Assembly: GCA_041662625.1 (NCBI GenBank)
Contig: JBAZSB010000002.1
Location: 12,024 to 76,023, forward strand
From: Patescibacteria group bacterium
GTDB lineage: Bacteria > Patescibacteriota > Patescibacteriia > Buchananbacterales > UBA6539
DNA: 64,000 bases
Reading direction: 5' to 3'
Shown here piece by piece: positions 1 to 9,778 of this stretch. The translations under genes and the position numbers were made by a program. Each line of letters opens with the position of its first letter. The first letter of the stretch is position 1. The notes beneath the pieces are model-generated. The model saw only the letters and a program-made list of their open reading frames with translations. It was not told where the DNA came from and did no database searches.

Positions 1-317
1 TCTAAACCTAATCTGATTTCCCAGCTGTCTGGTGCGCCGTCATTGTCCGAATCAAGGCTGGATAATTTAACCGGCTCAGCCTGACGGGGCGAATAGCCAT
101 TATAAATTTCTGTATAATCGTTATAGCCATCACCATCAGTGTCAGGGTTATTCGGGTCAGTTTTAAAAAGGTTAATCTCGTCTTGGTCACTTAAACCGTC
201 ATTATCCGAATCAATAATTTCGGCGGCTAAACTTTGGTCAGAAAAAATAAAAAAAGCCGCCAATACAATAAAAGCGACAAAAATAGCAAAAAGGGTTTTT
301 GGGCAGTAATTTTTCAT
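1..317 (-). CDS. Secreted protein with Ca-binding DxDxDG (thrombospondin type-3-like) repeats; partial, runs off window start
   Basis: Manual translation from ATG 317: MKNYCPKTLFAIFVAFIVLAAFFIFSDQSLAAEIIDSDNDGLSDQDEINLFKTDPNNPDTDGDGYND...DSDNDGAPDSWE. The track ORF 8..190 is a different frame. Confidence 0.85.
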   Translation of the reverse strand, partial: MKNYCPKTLFAIFVAFIVLAAFFIFSDQSLAAEIIDSDNDGLSDQDEINLFKTDPNNPDTDGDGYNDYTEIYNGYSPRQAEPVKLSSLDSDNDGAPDSWEIRLGL

Positions 318-436
318 TTTTGTTTTTATTTTGGCTAGGACCGCTAAAACAAAAAAGGTAGCACTTTCTCTACCTTCATTATTATCAGTATACCACAAAT
401 AAATTTTTTTGTCAAATCTATATTATTTATCAAATA

Positions 437-1222
437 TTAAATCGCTTCTTCTCTTAATACTTGTTTGACCAAAGGCAATAATTCTTGATATATTTTTTCA
501 TTCCCACCTACAAATATTCTATCCGCAAGATTAAAATTGGACTCTCCATCTATATTAGTAAATTTACCACCAGCTTCTCTGATGATCAACGCGCCGGCGA
601 ATTCCGGAAAACAATCCCTGGTCATGGATATAACCCCATCATATCTTCCGCTAGCTAATTCACAATAGCTTAAAGCCATTGATTTTGAATGGTTGTATTG
701 GCTAACTTTGTACGGAAAAAGTAATTGCATTACCTTGTCTTCTTGTGCCTTATCCTTCCAATGTTTTGATATTCTTAACTCAACTTTTATCACTTCCGAA
801 TTGTCATTTTTTATCCTAATTAATTGTCCATTTACTTTTGCCCCTTGACCCAGATAAGCAGTAAAAAGTTCATCTTTAGCTGGATAATAAACTGCCGCAA
901 ATTGGGCAATGCCATTATGAACATGGGAAACCACAATCGTATAAAGATCAGTACCATTAATAAATGACTCCGTGCCGCTTATCGGGTCCACAACCCATAA
1001 ATCATCCGCTTCTTTAACTAAATCATTTTCCTCTTCGGCAAAAATAGCATGCTGATTACCAAAAGTTTTAAGGATGGCATTAATACCTCTTTCGATTTTT
1101 AAATCTTCCTCAGTCAAAAATCTTTTTGTCACTCCAATATCCTTAATATTACCAGATTTCTTTATTAGATCCTTCCCGGCTCCAACCATAAAATCTAATA
1201 TTTTCTGATAGTTATGGGACAT
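437..1222 (-). CDS. Inositol monophosphatase family protein
   Basis: AEEE...WVVDPISGT.SF motif and AGALIIREAGGKFT C-terminal motif. Confidence 0.9.
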   Translation of the reverse strand: MSHNYQKILDFMVGAGKDLIKKSGNIKDIGVTKRFLTEEDLKIERGINAILKTFGNQHAIFAEEENDLVKEADDLWVVDPISGTESFINGTDLYTIVVSHVHNGIAQFAAVYYPAKDELFTAYLGQGAKVNGQLIRIKNDNSEVIKVELRISKHWKDKAQEDKVMQLLFPYKVSQYNHSKSMALSYCELASGRYDGVISMTRDCFPEFAGALIIREAGGKFTNIDGESNFNLADRIFVGGNEKIYQELLPLVKQVLREEAI

Positions 1223-1247
1223 GAAATTGTAATTTTAGTATAAAATT

Positions 1248-2834
1248 CTAATCAAGGCTACATTTAATCTGGCCGCTGGCAGCAATAATTTGATCAATTG
1301 TCACATACTTGGTAGTCGCTTCAATTATATTACCCGTTGCCCCTGGCCCTTTTGGTTCCAAATACATAATCGGTTCAGTCATCAGTTGCTTAGGGATCAA
1401 ACCCATTAAATATAAATCAAGTTTAGAATATTTGCGCAAATTAGTGTTGGCCATTTTGGTCAGGCCGTTAGTAAAAGTCCCGTCATTATTATCAAGCCAG
1501 CCAAAACCGCCAAGCGGTGAAATAAAACCAGCATAGTTACTCCAGTGAGAATAGTCATCATTGCGCAGCAAAGCTTGGCTTTTTTGTCCGGTTTCATCAG
1601 TAAATTCAATGTAGGCTGCCCAGTTGTGTAAAATTTCGTGCATAATAACATTTAAAGCTTCGTCTAAACCATCTTGAGTTTCGGGATGATACTTATTGAT
1701 ATTACCCATCATAATTATCCCTTTGAGTTTGCCAGTTGAGCCATAAACTTCGGAGCGGTCAGCGATCGCTTTGTTTAAACCTTCAACTCGATTGGTCACT
1801 GTAATAAAATGGGCAATCTCATTGGTGTTTTCTGTAGGGATTTTGAAATTAGTGAAGACGAAAATAAAATCAAAAATATCAGGATTATTATCATAAAAAG
1901 TATTGATCACTTCATTTTTGACTTCTATCGTGCCATCATTTCTTTGCTGAATCAAATAGCCGTCATCGATAACAACGGAAGTGGGATAATTAAAACTGAT
2001 TTCCGCCAGTCCATCAGTAACCCAGGTAAAGCGGCCAGAAATAGCGTCTTTAATCGTTTGGAGCGTTTCAATTTCCGGGCCGTTATATTTTTCTGAGGCC
2101 AAAAAAATAACAGCAGCTTTTAATTTTTTGTTTTCACAATCCCGCTTATCAGTAATTGGCTCGGCCACCGGATTAAAAACATTTTTATTCAATTCAGTGA
2201 TTGGCCGGGTCCGGATGGAAAAATCACGGCTGCGGCTGAGGGCAAAAGACAAATCAAAACGGTTGGCCAAAACCGCCCCAACTGATTCAAAGGGCTGAAG
2301 GATCCCGTTATTTCTATAGTAATATTTTTTGGAAACTGAATCTTGATACAAAATACTGTCTGGTGTTTGATAATCGTGAATTAAAGGTTCGCCGATTTGA
2401 TAATTTTCAAAAAAAACATCGGGGATATCCACGACCCGCTTGGGCCAAGCCTGACCATAAATTGCTTCGGCAATATATTCATCTTGAATTTCGCGTAAAA
2501 CCCCGCCCTGCTCCACGGCATAAACTTGCGGCGCAGTCCGGACTTTGACTAAATAAGTCCCGGGTCGAATTGTAATATTTTTTCCCAAAGGATAATTATA
2601 CAAAAAATCATTACTGACGGTGACAATTCTGGAAAAATCTGATCCATACCAACTTTTGTAAGTAGTCTCGTTAGGAAAAGGATGACGCAGGCCTTGGCTA
2701 TCCAAATAATACACCGTACCAAAATCTTTTGATTTGACCAGTTCCAAAGCCGCGGCTGCGGGTGGTACAAACAAAAAATTGCCTAAAATTGTTAGGCTGA
2801 AAAAGATAAGAATTGCTCCGGCTTTAATTTTCAT
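1248..2834 (-). CDS. Secreted protein with CPR-type N-terminal repeats and a C-terminal zinc metallopeptidase-like domain
   Basis: Signal peptide; VYYLD..G.RHPF...Y.SW and P.VYAVE.GG.LR repeats; HEILH (HExxH), downstream SHWS and LDLYLMGLIP. Confidence 0.7.
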   Translation of the reverse strand: MKIKAGAILIFFSLTILGNFLFVPPAAAALELVKSKDFGTVYYLDSQGLRHPFPNETTYKSWYGSDFSRIVTVSNDFLYNYPLGKNITIRPGTYLVKVRTAPQVYAVEQGGVLREIQDEYIAEAIYGQAWPKRVVDIPDVFFENYQIGEPLIHDYQTPDSILYQDSVSKKYYYRNNGILQPFESVGAVLANRFDLSFALSRSRDFSIRTRPITELNKNVFNPVAEPITDKRDCENKKLKAAVIFLASEKYNGPEIETLQTIKDAISGRFTWVTDGLAEISFNYPTSVVIDDGYLIQQRNDGTIEVKNEVINTFYDNNPDIFDFIFVFTNFKIPTENTNEIAHFITVTNRVEGLNKAIADRSEVYGSTGKLKGIIMMGNINKYHPETQDGLDEALNVIMHEILHNWAAYIEFTDETGQKSQALLRNDDYSHWSNYAGFISPLGGFGWLDNNDGTFTNGLTKMANTNLRKYSKLDLYLMGLIPKQLMTEPIMYLEPKGPGATGNIIEATTKYVTIDQIIAASGQIKCSLD

Positions 2835-2938
2835 TAATCTATTATATCAAATAAACCCAAAAAGAAAAACCCAGGGCAACAGGGTGCACTGGGCTGCCAA
2901 GAGACTTGGCAAAACTTGGTTAGGACGTGGGGCGAAAG

Positions 2939-3541
2939 TCAGACTTCAGCCCGCGTCGGATCCTTCCCTTGTGATCGCAACGGCGGCAACGTCGGTCCTC
3001 CTGAACCAGCCCTGGCCTTCACGGTTGGGTCACCAGCATGTGCCGGCGGCGGAGTGTCCAAAGCAGACGCAACCATTGGCGGCGGCGGGCTTCCGGCCTT
3101 CACCGGGGCACTGGCCATCGCGACCGTAGGCGCAGCCGCGGCTGACTGGAACGCTGAGCCAACCTGGAGCAGAGCCACTTCCTTCAGCGCGCTAAACCAC
3201 CGGAGTACCTGGCCTTTGGGAGAAACCAGATTCTCGTTCAGGTGTCGGATCAGCGTCTCAAAATCCACCGATAACGGCAGATTGGTCGGCAAAAATCCGA
3301 ATCCGTCTTTGGCCCACCCGGGCGGCTGCAACACTTCTGGTCGCCAGCTCTTCTTCGCCTTGGCGGTAGGGACCACTTGGCTCAGCTCGAAGATGGCGAG
3401 AACAAAGCCGCCACCTCTGACCACCAAGACTCCGTCTCCTGCCTGCTTCACTGCGGTAGGGGCCAAGGCTCCTACCTGGCCGTGGTATGTCGACTGCGAC
3501 AACAGTTCGACTGCTCCGTCTATTCGAATCGCATCCATCAT
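2939..3541 (-). CDS. Hypothetical protein (GC-rich, Pro/Ala-rich C-terminus)
   Basis: 200-aa ORF with a GGAGG SD upstream. Confidence 0.55.
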   Translation of the reverse strand: MMDAIRIDGAVELLSQSTYHGQVGALAPTAVKQAGDGVLVVRGGGFVLAIFELSQVVPTAKAKKSWRPEVLQPPGWAKDGFGFLPTNLPLSVDFETLIRHLNENLVSPKGQVLRWFSALKEVALLQVGSAFQSAAAAPTVAMASAPVKAGSPPPPMVASALDTPPPAHAGDPTVKARAGSGGPTLPPLRSQGKDPTRAEV

Positions 3542-3715
3542 GGTAAACGCCCTCCTATCCTTTCCTTGTTGTCTCCTTCACTAGGAACAACTCAATATTG
3601 GCAAATTTTTGCTTTTTTGTCAATCCCTAATTATATTGACGGCATGCCTAAAATATGTAAAAATTGAATTTATCCCTTGACGCAGCAGCTGGGAACAACC
3701 CATGGAGGGAGAAGT

Positions 3716-4144
3716 ATGCACCAACTCGCAGTAAAACAGCAACCGGATGCATTTGTGGTTGCCATCAACGAGGGAGCACTGAGTCATGGCGCTGAAGCCA
3801 GTGGCACCCTAAAGTGCGTCCAAGTCATGCAAGGCCGACGTCATGTCGACCGCGAAGCAGTGGCCGGCGCGATGTTTCTCTGTGAGGCGGATTTTCGCCC
3901 GCGCGAAACCTTCACGCCCGGAGATGGCACGCCGGTACCGGCAGAAAGTGAGGTCGTCTTTGTCGGCCTGGACAAAGTGCCCAAAAGGCGACTCCCGGAG
4001 AATCCGGGCTTCTATGATGTACATGGCGTCACTTTGTCGACCAATGGCCGAGTTGCCATTACCTTCGGCTCTGAGTCGATATTTGTCCCTGTACCCGCAC
4101 CGCGGAAAGTTTCCCAACATCCAAGCTCCGCAGTCCGAGTCTAG
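3716..4144 (+). CDS. Hypothetical protein (GC-rich)
   Basis: ATG 3716 preceded by GGAGGGAG SD; terminator downstream. Confidence 0.65.
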   Translation: MHQLAVKQQPDAFVVAINEGALSHGAEASGTLKCVQVMQGRRHVDREAVAGAMFLCEADFRPRETFTPGDGTPVPAESEVVFVGLDKVPKRRLPENPGFYDVHGVTLSTNGRVAITFGSESIFVPVPAPRKVSQHPSSAVRV

Positions 4145-4194
4145 GGCGACATTGCCAAAGAAACAATAACTGTGTTGCTGCGTCGAACCGGATA

Positions 4195-4229
4195 ACAGGC
4201 GCTCCGCTGCCAAGAGCGCCTGTCTTTTT
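4195..4229 (+). terminator. Intrinsic terminator
   Basis: acaggcgctc...gagcgcctgt stem followed by a T run. Confidence 0.75.
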
Positions 4230-4313
4230 AAAATTTTAAATTGCTGTTAATTTTGGTTACAAAAATAGCCCCCGCCTGGACGAAAGCTAATTAAGATAAA
4301 ATTAATTAAAAAT

Positions 4314-5135
4314 TTAAACCATTTTACCCGCGCAATATTCCTTGAATAACCGCATCAGGGCTTTGGTTTTTTGGCCAACACCACTTGCTACCACCAGTTC
4401 ATCAATTTGTCTGACGGGCATCACATTCAAAGTTGTGGCGGTTAAAAAATATTCATCATAGTCTTTAATTTTAGCCAAAGCAATATCGGCAATTTTTACT
4501 TTCATAATTTTTGGCGCAATTTCTAAAATGATTTTTTGGGTCACTCCTTCTAAAACTTTTTCGTCTGGCGAAGAAATTAAAGTATTACCTTTGATAACAA
4601 AAAAACTGCTTCGCGTGCCGCCGCAGATATTGCCAGATGGGTCAATCAATAAAGCGTCGAGGGCACCATTTTCAACGGCCTGGCCATAAGCCAAATACTG
4701 CATTAATAAATTTTTGGTTTTAGCCATGGGCAAAAACCGCTCCCCAGCATAAGTAATAACTTTAACGCCTTTTTGGTAAAAATTATTCGGGTAAAAAGTC
4801 AGGCCCACTGGAAATAAAAATAAAATCGGCTCGGTTTTGGTTTCCGGACCAATCAGTAAAACCCGAATCAAGGCATTTTCTAATTTATTTTTTTTAATTA
4901 ATTCTTCAGCCCAGTTCACTACAGTTTTAGTTTTAAATGGGTGTTTCAGACCAATAAGCCGGGCTGAGGCAAAAAGCTTTTCGATTTCCAATTCCGGCCA
5001 AAACATCTTCTTGGCCACAACTTTGATATTGGAATAAACGGCAAAGTCAAAAAACAGTGCTTTATTATAAACACTGACAGAAGCTTCCGATGAAGGGATT
5101 AATCGCCCATTTTTTATGACGTATTCAGCTGGCAT
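4314..5135 (-). CDS. PLP-dependent aminotransferase class IV (BCAT / D-amino-acid aminotransferase / ADC lyase family)
   Basis: NG..IP..EASVSV start, AKT PLP lysine, DALLID..GNI, VLEGVT, DEYFLT.T...VMPV..ID; several canonical residues diverged (EG..N reads GGTRS). Confidence 0.85.
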   Translation of the reverse strand: MPAEYVIKNGRLIPSSEASVSVYNKALFFDFAVYSNIKVVAKKMFWPELEIEKLFASARLIGLKHPFKTKTVVNWAEELIKKNKLENALIRVLLIGPETKTEPILFLFPVGLTFYPNNFYQKGVKVITYAGERFLPMAKTKNLLMQYLAYGQAVENGALDALLIDPSGNICGGTRSSFFVIKGNTLISSPDEKVLEGVTQKIILEIAPKIMKVKIADIALAKIKDYDEYFLTATTLNVMPVRQIDELVVASGVGQKTKALMRLFKEYCAGKMV

Positions 5136-5141
5136 AATAAA

Positions 5142-7421
5142 CTATTTTGTAACCAACTTTTTGGCCGGCACACTTTGGCCAAATTTCTTTTCTGGCTGAG
5201 CCGAAGACAATTCATTAAGCCCAGCTTTAGTTGACAGCGAAAAACAGAACTTGGAACCTTTGTCGGCGCCTTCGCTTTCCACCCAAATCCTGCCCCGATG
5301 AGCATCAATAATCATTTTCGCTACGTAAAGCCCCAACCCCACGCCTTCGGTATGAACTCGGAAGCTGCCTTTACCCCGGGAAAATTTGCGGAACAATAAA
5401 GGCACCATGTTTTTTTCCACGCCGCGGCCGGTATCTTTAACGCAAAAAGTAATCAAATCTTTTTGGGGTTCATGCAAAAATGAAACGATAATTTCACCTT
5501 TTTCCGTATATTTAATGGCATTATCAACAAAATTCATCATCACTTCATGAATCTTATTGGGATCAGCGGTGATTTCGGGAGTGGGAACTTTTGGTTTATT
5601 AAATAATAATGTTAGATTTTTGGCTGTAGCGGTATTCTTCAAATTATCAACTACAGTCTGGGCAATATCTTCCAGGCGAACTTTTTTCCAGTCAAATTCC
5701 TGCCGGCCTGATTCAATCCGCGAAATATCAAGCAGATTTTCCACCAGTCCAATCAGCCGTTCGTTGGAAGCATAAACTTTTTCTAAATTCGCCATGATGG
5801 TCGGCGAAACCGGACCAAAAGATCCTTCACGCATCATCGAGATATAACCTTTAATCACAGTCAAAGGCGTGCGCAGCTGATGCGAAGCAATGGAAATAAA
5901 TTCAGACTTGGCCTGATCCAGCTGGCGCAGCTCCTGATTAGCTCTGCGCAACTGGGCAGTTTTACGCCGGACTTCTTCCTCCAATTTAACATTGAAATCT
6001 TTCAACTCATCATAAAGCCGGGCGTTTTCAATAGCAATACCCGCTTGACCAGAAATAAGTTTTAAGACATTTAAATCCTGACGGTTATAGGGATCACCGG
6101 ATTTTTTCGTACCAAAGGCAATTATCCCGATTAGCTGCTCTTTGACATACAGAGGAATAATCAAGGCAATATCGTTTTGATAAAGCGACAAAAGCAATTT
6201 GGCATCAACCGGCTGGAATTCGCCATTCTCATACCGCGTTTTCATTTCATCAATAACTAAAATACCTTTAATATTCTTTAATTCCTGGTTTAAAATTTTA
6301 ACGACATTGGGATAATTAGCCAATTTTTCGGCTTCCAGCGGCACGAAACCTTCCTGATAAAAAATTTCCAACTTGTTTTTTTTATTCAAAAGCACAACCC
6401 CGATTTTTTCACAGTGTAAGGACTCAACCAAAGTTTTGGCAATAGAAGCCAAAAGATTATGTAAATCCAAAATTGAAGAAGTAACTTCGGCAATCTGGGC
6501 CAACAAAATATCAGGGTTATATGACTTTTTATAAAGAAAGCGGTCAGTGATTCCTTCAATAGACCGGCGCAATGGCTGATAAGTAACAGAAACTAAAATT
6601 CCAACAATCAAACCAGAGATTAGATTTGATTTAAAGCCAAGAATGTCCTGAAAAAAAGTGGCGATTACGCCAGAAATAATGGCAAAGGTGATAGTAATAA
6701 CCAGAACAAAAAAACCAAAAGCTAGAGAACGGAAAACAACCAAACGAATATCCATTAAACGATAACGGGTAATGGCATAAGCCACAAAAACTACCATTAT
6801 AATTGTTCCAGTTGGACCTACCCAATTATATTTCGTGGTAAAAAAGAACAGAATTAAATTAGTGATTACGGCAATAATTGTCGAGGCTATTGTCCCCAAA
6901 AACAAATACCATAATTGTAAACGTGAAGTGCCCGAAGATTTTAAAAATTTTGTAACTAAATTAGCAAACGCCCAAGCCATGAATATAAAGGTAACAACTG
7001 AATGAATGTAATATCCCCATCCCACTCTAGCATCTATCTCACCATTACTATGTACAACCGCATCAGCAATAATAGAATGGGGAATTAAAGAAATAGTCCA
7101 TATTATAATTGGAGGTAAAAATAAAATTAGTTTAATTAGTTTGCTCTTGGGAAATTCACCTTTAGGGAAAACAAAAGAAAAATATAAAAAGAAGACAATT
7201 GTAAAATTGACTGCAAAATATACAAATTGTCCCCAAAAATAAACTGTTGCAAGTGTGGCCATCCTAAAAAAAGCTATACCAAAGCACCAAGCCGCAATAC
7301 CAAGAATGGTAATAGCAAAAAGAATATTAGACTTGCTTTTCTTATTTCTTATATAAACAAAAAAAGACAAAAATAAATTTATTACTCCTACAACTAATAA
7401 AATTATATTGCTATAATGCAT
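5142..7421 (-). CDS. Sensor histidine kinase: N-terminal 7TM (HisKA_7TM-like), GAF, HisKA, HATPase
   Basis: Multiple TM segments with YAITRYRLMDI; GAF ending AIENARLY; H-box SHQLRTPLT; NFVDNAIKYT, DTGRG, GVGLGLY. Confidence 0.95.
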   Translation of the reverse strand: MHYSNIILLVVGVINLFLSFFVYIRNKKSKSNILFAITILGIAAWCFGIAFFRMATLATVYFWGQFVYFAVNFTIVFFLYFSFVFPKGEFPKSKLIKLILFLPPIIIWTISLIPHSIIADAVVHSNGEIDARVGWGYYIHSVVTFIFMAWAFANLVTKFLKSSGTSRLQLWYLFLGTIASTIIAVITNLILFFFTTKYNWVGPTGTIIMVVFVAYAITRYRLMDIRLVVFRSLAFGFFVLVITITFAIISGVIATFFQDILGFKSNLISGLIVGILVSVTYQPLRRSIEGITDRFLYKKSYNPDILLAQIAEVTSSILDLHNLLASIAKTLVESLHCEKIGVVLLNKKNKLEIFYQEGFVPLEAEKLANYPNVVKILNQELKNIKGILVIDEMKTRYENGEFQPVDAKLLLSLYQNDIALIIPLYVKEQLIGIIAFGTKKSGDPYNRQDLNVLKLISGQAGIAIENARLYDELKDFNVKLEEEVRRKTAQLRRANQELRQLDQAKSEFISIASHQLRTPLTVIKGYISMMREGSFGPVSPTIMANLEKVYASNERLIGLVENLLDISRIESGRQEFDWKKVRLEDIAQTVVDNLKNTATAKNLTLLFNKPKVPTPEITADPNKIHEVMMNFVDNAIKYTEKGEIIVSFLHEPQKDLITFCVKDTGRGVEKNMVPLLFRKFSRGKGSFRVHTEGVGLGLYVAKMIIDAHRGRIWVESEGADKGSKFCFSLSTKAGLNELSSAQPEKKFGQSVPAKKLVTK

Positions 7422-8148
7422 TCAATTTCTGAAAAACTTTAAAAATAAATTGATTTCTAAATATTAATCTCCCAGAATTTCCTCTCTTGAAAAACAATTG
7501 ATTATTAAAAATTTTATTACAATATGGCACTACCTCTTCAGATAAATAATAAATCGGCCAAACTGGATCTTTATTATCCTTAAAATAATTGCTCAGCACA
7601 CTCTTACAATAAACTTGTTTGAAATCTTTAATAAAATGAAAAGGAAATTTTAATTTTTCAAGCTTCAGCCTTAAAGAATCTTTGATAAACGAGTAACCAC
7701 CATATATATTATTTTCTAAAGCATAATTCATTACAGTATATGTCAATCCTAATAAAACTAAATGTCGAGGTAAAAACGATTTTTCATCATAGCGCTCCAC
7801 GATTAATCGACCGAGTTCAGCCCTTTTATTTCTAGGAATTTTGGAAATTTCTAATGGCTCTTGGAATTGAAAACAATCTTTCTCTGTCGGCAAATATTCA
7901 TCTCGGATTAATCTCACGGTACCAATAATCCTATCATCAATTTTAGCTATAAAATAAACACTCCGGCCATCATCATAGTCATCAACTTCTTTCTCTTCTT
8001 GATTTCTAATAATATAGCTACGTTCTAAATAAATCCTATATCTAAATTTATACATCTCAACCAGCTCCTCATTATGATCTGGCATGCCAAAATAAATTGT
8101 CTTTTCATTCTTATTTATTCTTAAGCTGATCTCGTTTAATACTTTCAT
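7411..8148 (-). CDS. GNAT-fold acyltransferase, N-acyl amino acid synthase (FeeM) / LuxI-like
   Basis: YKFRYRIY...YI, EVDDYD, IIGTVRLI, LPTE, AELGRL motifs typical of autoinducer-synthase-like GNATs. Confidence 0.8.
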   Translation of the reverse strand: MKVLNEISLRINKNEKTIYFGMPDHNEELVEMYKFRYRIYLERSYIIRNQEEKEVDDYDDGRSVYFIAKIDDRIIGTVRLIRDEYLPTEKDCFQFQEPLEISKIPRNKRAELGRLIVERYDEKSFLPRHLVLLGLTYTVMNYALENNIYGGYSFIKDSLRLKLEKLKFPFHFIKDFKQVYCKSVLSNYFKDNKDPVWPIYYLSEEVVPYCNKIFNNQLFFKRGNSGRLIFRNQFIFKVFQKLNAL

Positions 8149-8854
8149 AATCTCTTGGCTTTATCGCTGAATTTAATATTGCCTGACCGGCATAGACTAA
8201 TTTATTCTCTGAAACTTCGACGAAACCATTACGAATGAGCAATTCTTTTTGTTCATTATCCTTCATTAAATGACCCGCTCCTTCATTTTTTTTGATCTTA
8301 GAATTGTAGTAAAACATCTTAACGGTAGGAACGATCATTTTAAAAACTTTTAAAATTAAACACCAAAAACCTATCTTTTTAATATCTTTTTTAAAATGAT
8401 CTTTATAAATATTCACTGGGTTCCAACCTTCTCGGACATTTGAGATAACAATTTTTCCACCTGGTTTTAAAATTCTGTAAAACTCCTTAAAGACTTTATC
8501 TCTATCTCCAGGGGCTAAAGTATAAATAACATTGTTTGAAACTATCTTATCAAAATAATCATCTGAAAATGACAAAGGCTTAGCTAAGTCATGAAATATA
8601 ATTCCAATTTCTTGATCTTTTACTCTAAGTTGCCTTAAACCTTCTTCGCTATTATCTAAGGCGACCACATTCGCCCCTCTTTGTTTTAATCTTACTGCTA
8701 AATTGCCTGTTCCAGCCCCAGCATCTAAGACTAAATCTCCTTTATTAACTACAGATTCTTTGATCAGTTCTTCCATTAATTCTTGGTAAGGAATAACAAT
8801 GTTCAAGATATCGTAGGTTTTAAAATACTGCTGCCAGAATTCTGCATCCAACAT
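8111..8854 (-). CDS. Class I SAM-dependent methyltransferase
   Basis: VLDAGAGTG motif I, FDKIVS, EFYRILKPGG. Confidence 0.9.
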   Translation of the reverse strand: MLDAEFWQQYFKTYDILNIVIPYQELMEELIKESVVNKGDLVLDAGAGTGNLAVRLKQRGANVVALDNSEEGLRQLRVKDQEIGIIFHDLAKPLSFSDDYFDKIVSNNVIYTLAPGDRDKVFKEFYRILKPGGKIVISNVREGWNPVNIYKDHFKKDIKKIGFWCLILKVFKMIVPTVKMFYYNSKIKKNEGAGHLMKDNEQKELLIRNGFVEVSENKLVYAGQAILNSAIKPRDYESIKRDQLKNK

Positions 8855-8859
8855 ATAAC

Positions 8860-9534
8860 TTAATCCTTCTTATAAATAAACCTGACCAAAAGAATTATCA
8901 TTGGTAAAGAAAAATATGGTCCTAACCAATATGGTCCGAGTTGCAAAAAAAATAAAGGGGCCAAAGCGGCAAAAAATGAGGCAAAAATTCCAATTATTGC
9001 CGCAGCAGTCATCATATAAGTCAATTGCGTTCTGATAAATCCCTGACTTATTTTGTATTTCTGGAATAAAGTATAAAAAGCCAGAATAACATAAAAATAG
9101 AAATGAATATTAAAGTATGTAATGCCCAGCCGACCCAATAAGTAAGTATTATTTGAGGGCCTTAAGATAATTTCTTTAACCCAGATGCCCGGTATTATTG
9201 TTACTAGAATCATAACAACAATACTTATTCCGATTAACAAAACCTGCCAAGATTTTAAAATTTTACTTTGATAAGGAAAATAAATGGAAAGAAAAAAGAA
9301 AGGAATTACTAACATTGCTCCTGACCCATTTTGTACCCAGGTCCAAATCCAGGCTGTCTGCACGGTTTGCGCTTCCCGAAAAAGCGCCATGCCCAGCGTC
9401 CAAGTACCTACCAAAAAAACCGTTATGGCAAAAGTGATATTAATTTTATTTTTTGGATTCCTTAGCCAGACCAAAAGTGCTAAACCGATATTGAGTCCGG
9501 CGACAATAATTAATCCAATATTTGTCCAGTACAT
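8860..9534 (-). CDS. Stand-alone histidine-kinase N-terminal 7TM sensor domain protein
   Basis: About 7 TM segments; RNPKNKINITFAI, FLSIYFP and RTQL mirror the N-terminus of the downstream kinase; no kinase domain. Confidence 0.8.
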   Translation of the reverse strand: MYWTNIGLIIVAGLNIGLALLVWLRNPKNKINITFAITVFLVGTWTLGMALFREAQTVQTAWIWTWVQNGSGAMLVIPFFFLSIYFPYQSKILKSWQVLLIGISIVVMILVTIIPGIWVKEIILRPSNNTYLLGRLGITYFNIHFYFYVILAFYTLFQKYKISQGFIRTQLTYMMTAAAIIGIFASFFAALAPLFFLQLGPYWLGPYFSLPMIILLVRFIYKKD

Positions 9535-9605
9535 AAATTTTTAAAACCTCATTTTAATCATGTAATCTTAGATTCACCAATAAAAATAAGTCCAACCTAA
9601 TTTTA

Positions 9606-9703
9606 ATTATACCACAAAACCCGCTGTTTTACATAACCAAATACCTATGTTAACCAAAGTCCTTCTGATTAACATATGTTAACCTACTTTCCCGTAGTTA
9701 ACA
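9606..9703 (-). promoter_or_regulatory. Extended -10 promoter with two tandem palindromic operator-like sites
   Basis: TGG-TATAAT on the minus strand (-10 at 9606-9611). Two 29-bp units, 9646-9674 and 9675-9703, each TGTTAAC-N13-(G/A)TTAACA. Confidence 0.6.
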
Positions 9704-9778
9704 AAGAAAAAAGCCCCCTTTCCTGCTGTCAGGCAAAAAAGAGGGTTTAGGTTTGATCACAAGGTGCATCTAGCTTGT

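Noticed and set aside
8-190. 60-aa ORF from the track
   Set aside because: Wrong frame of the real partial gene starting at 317
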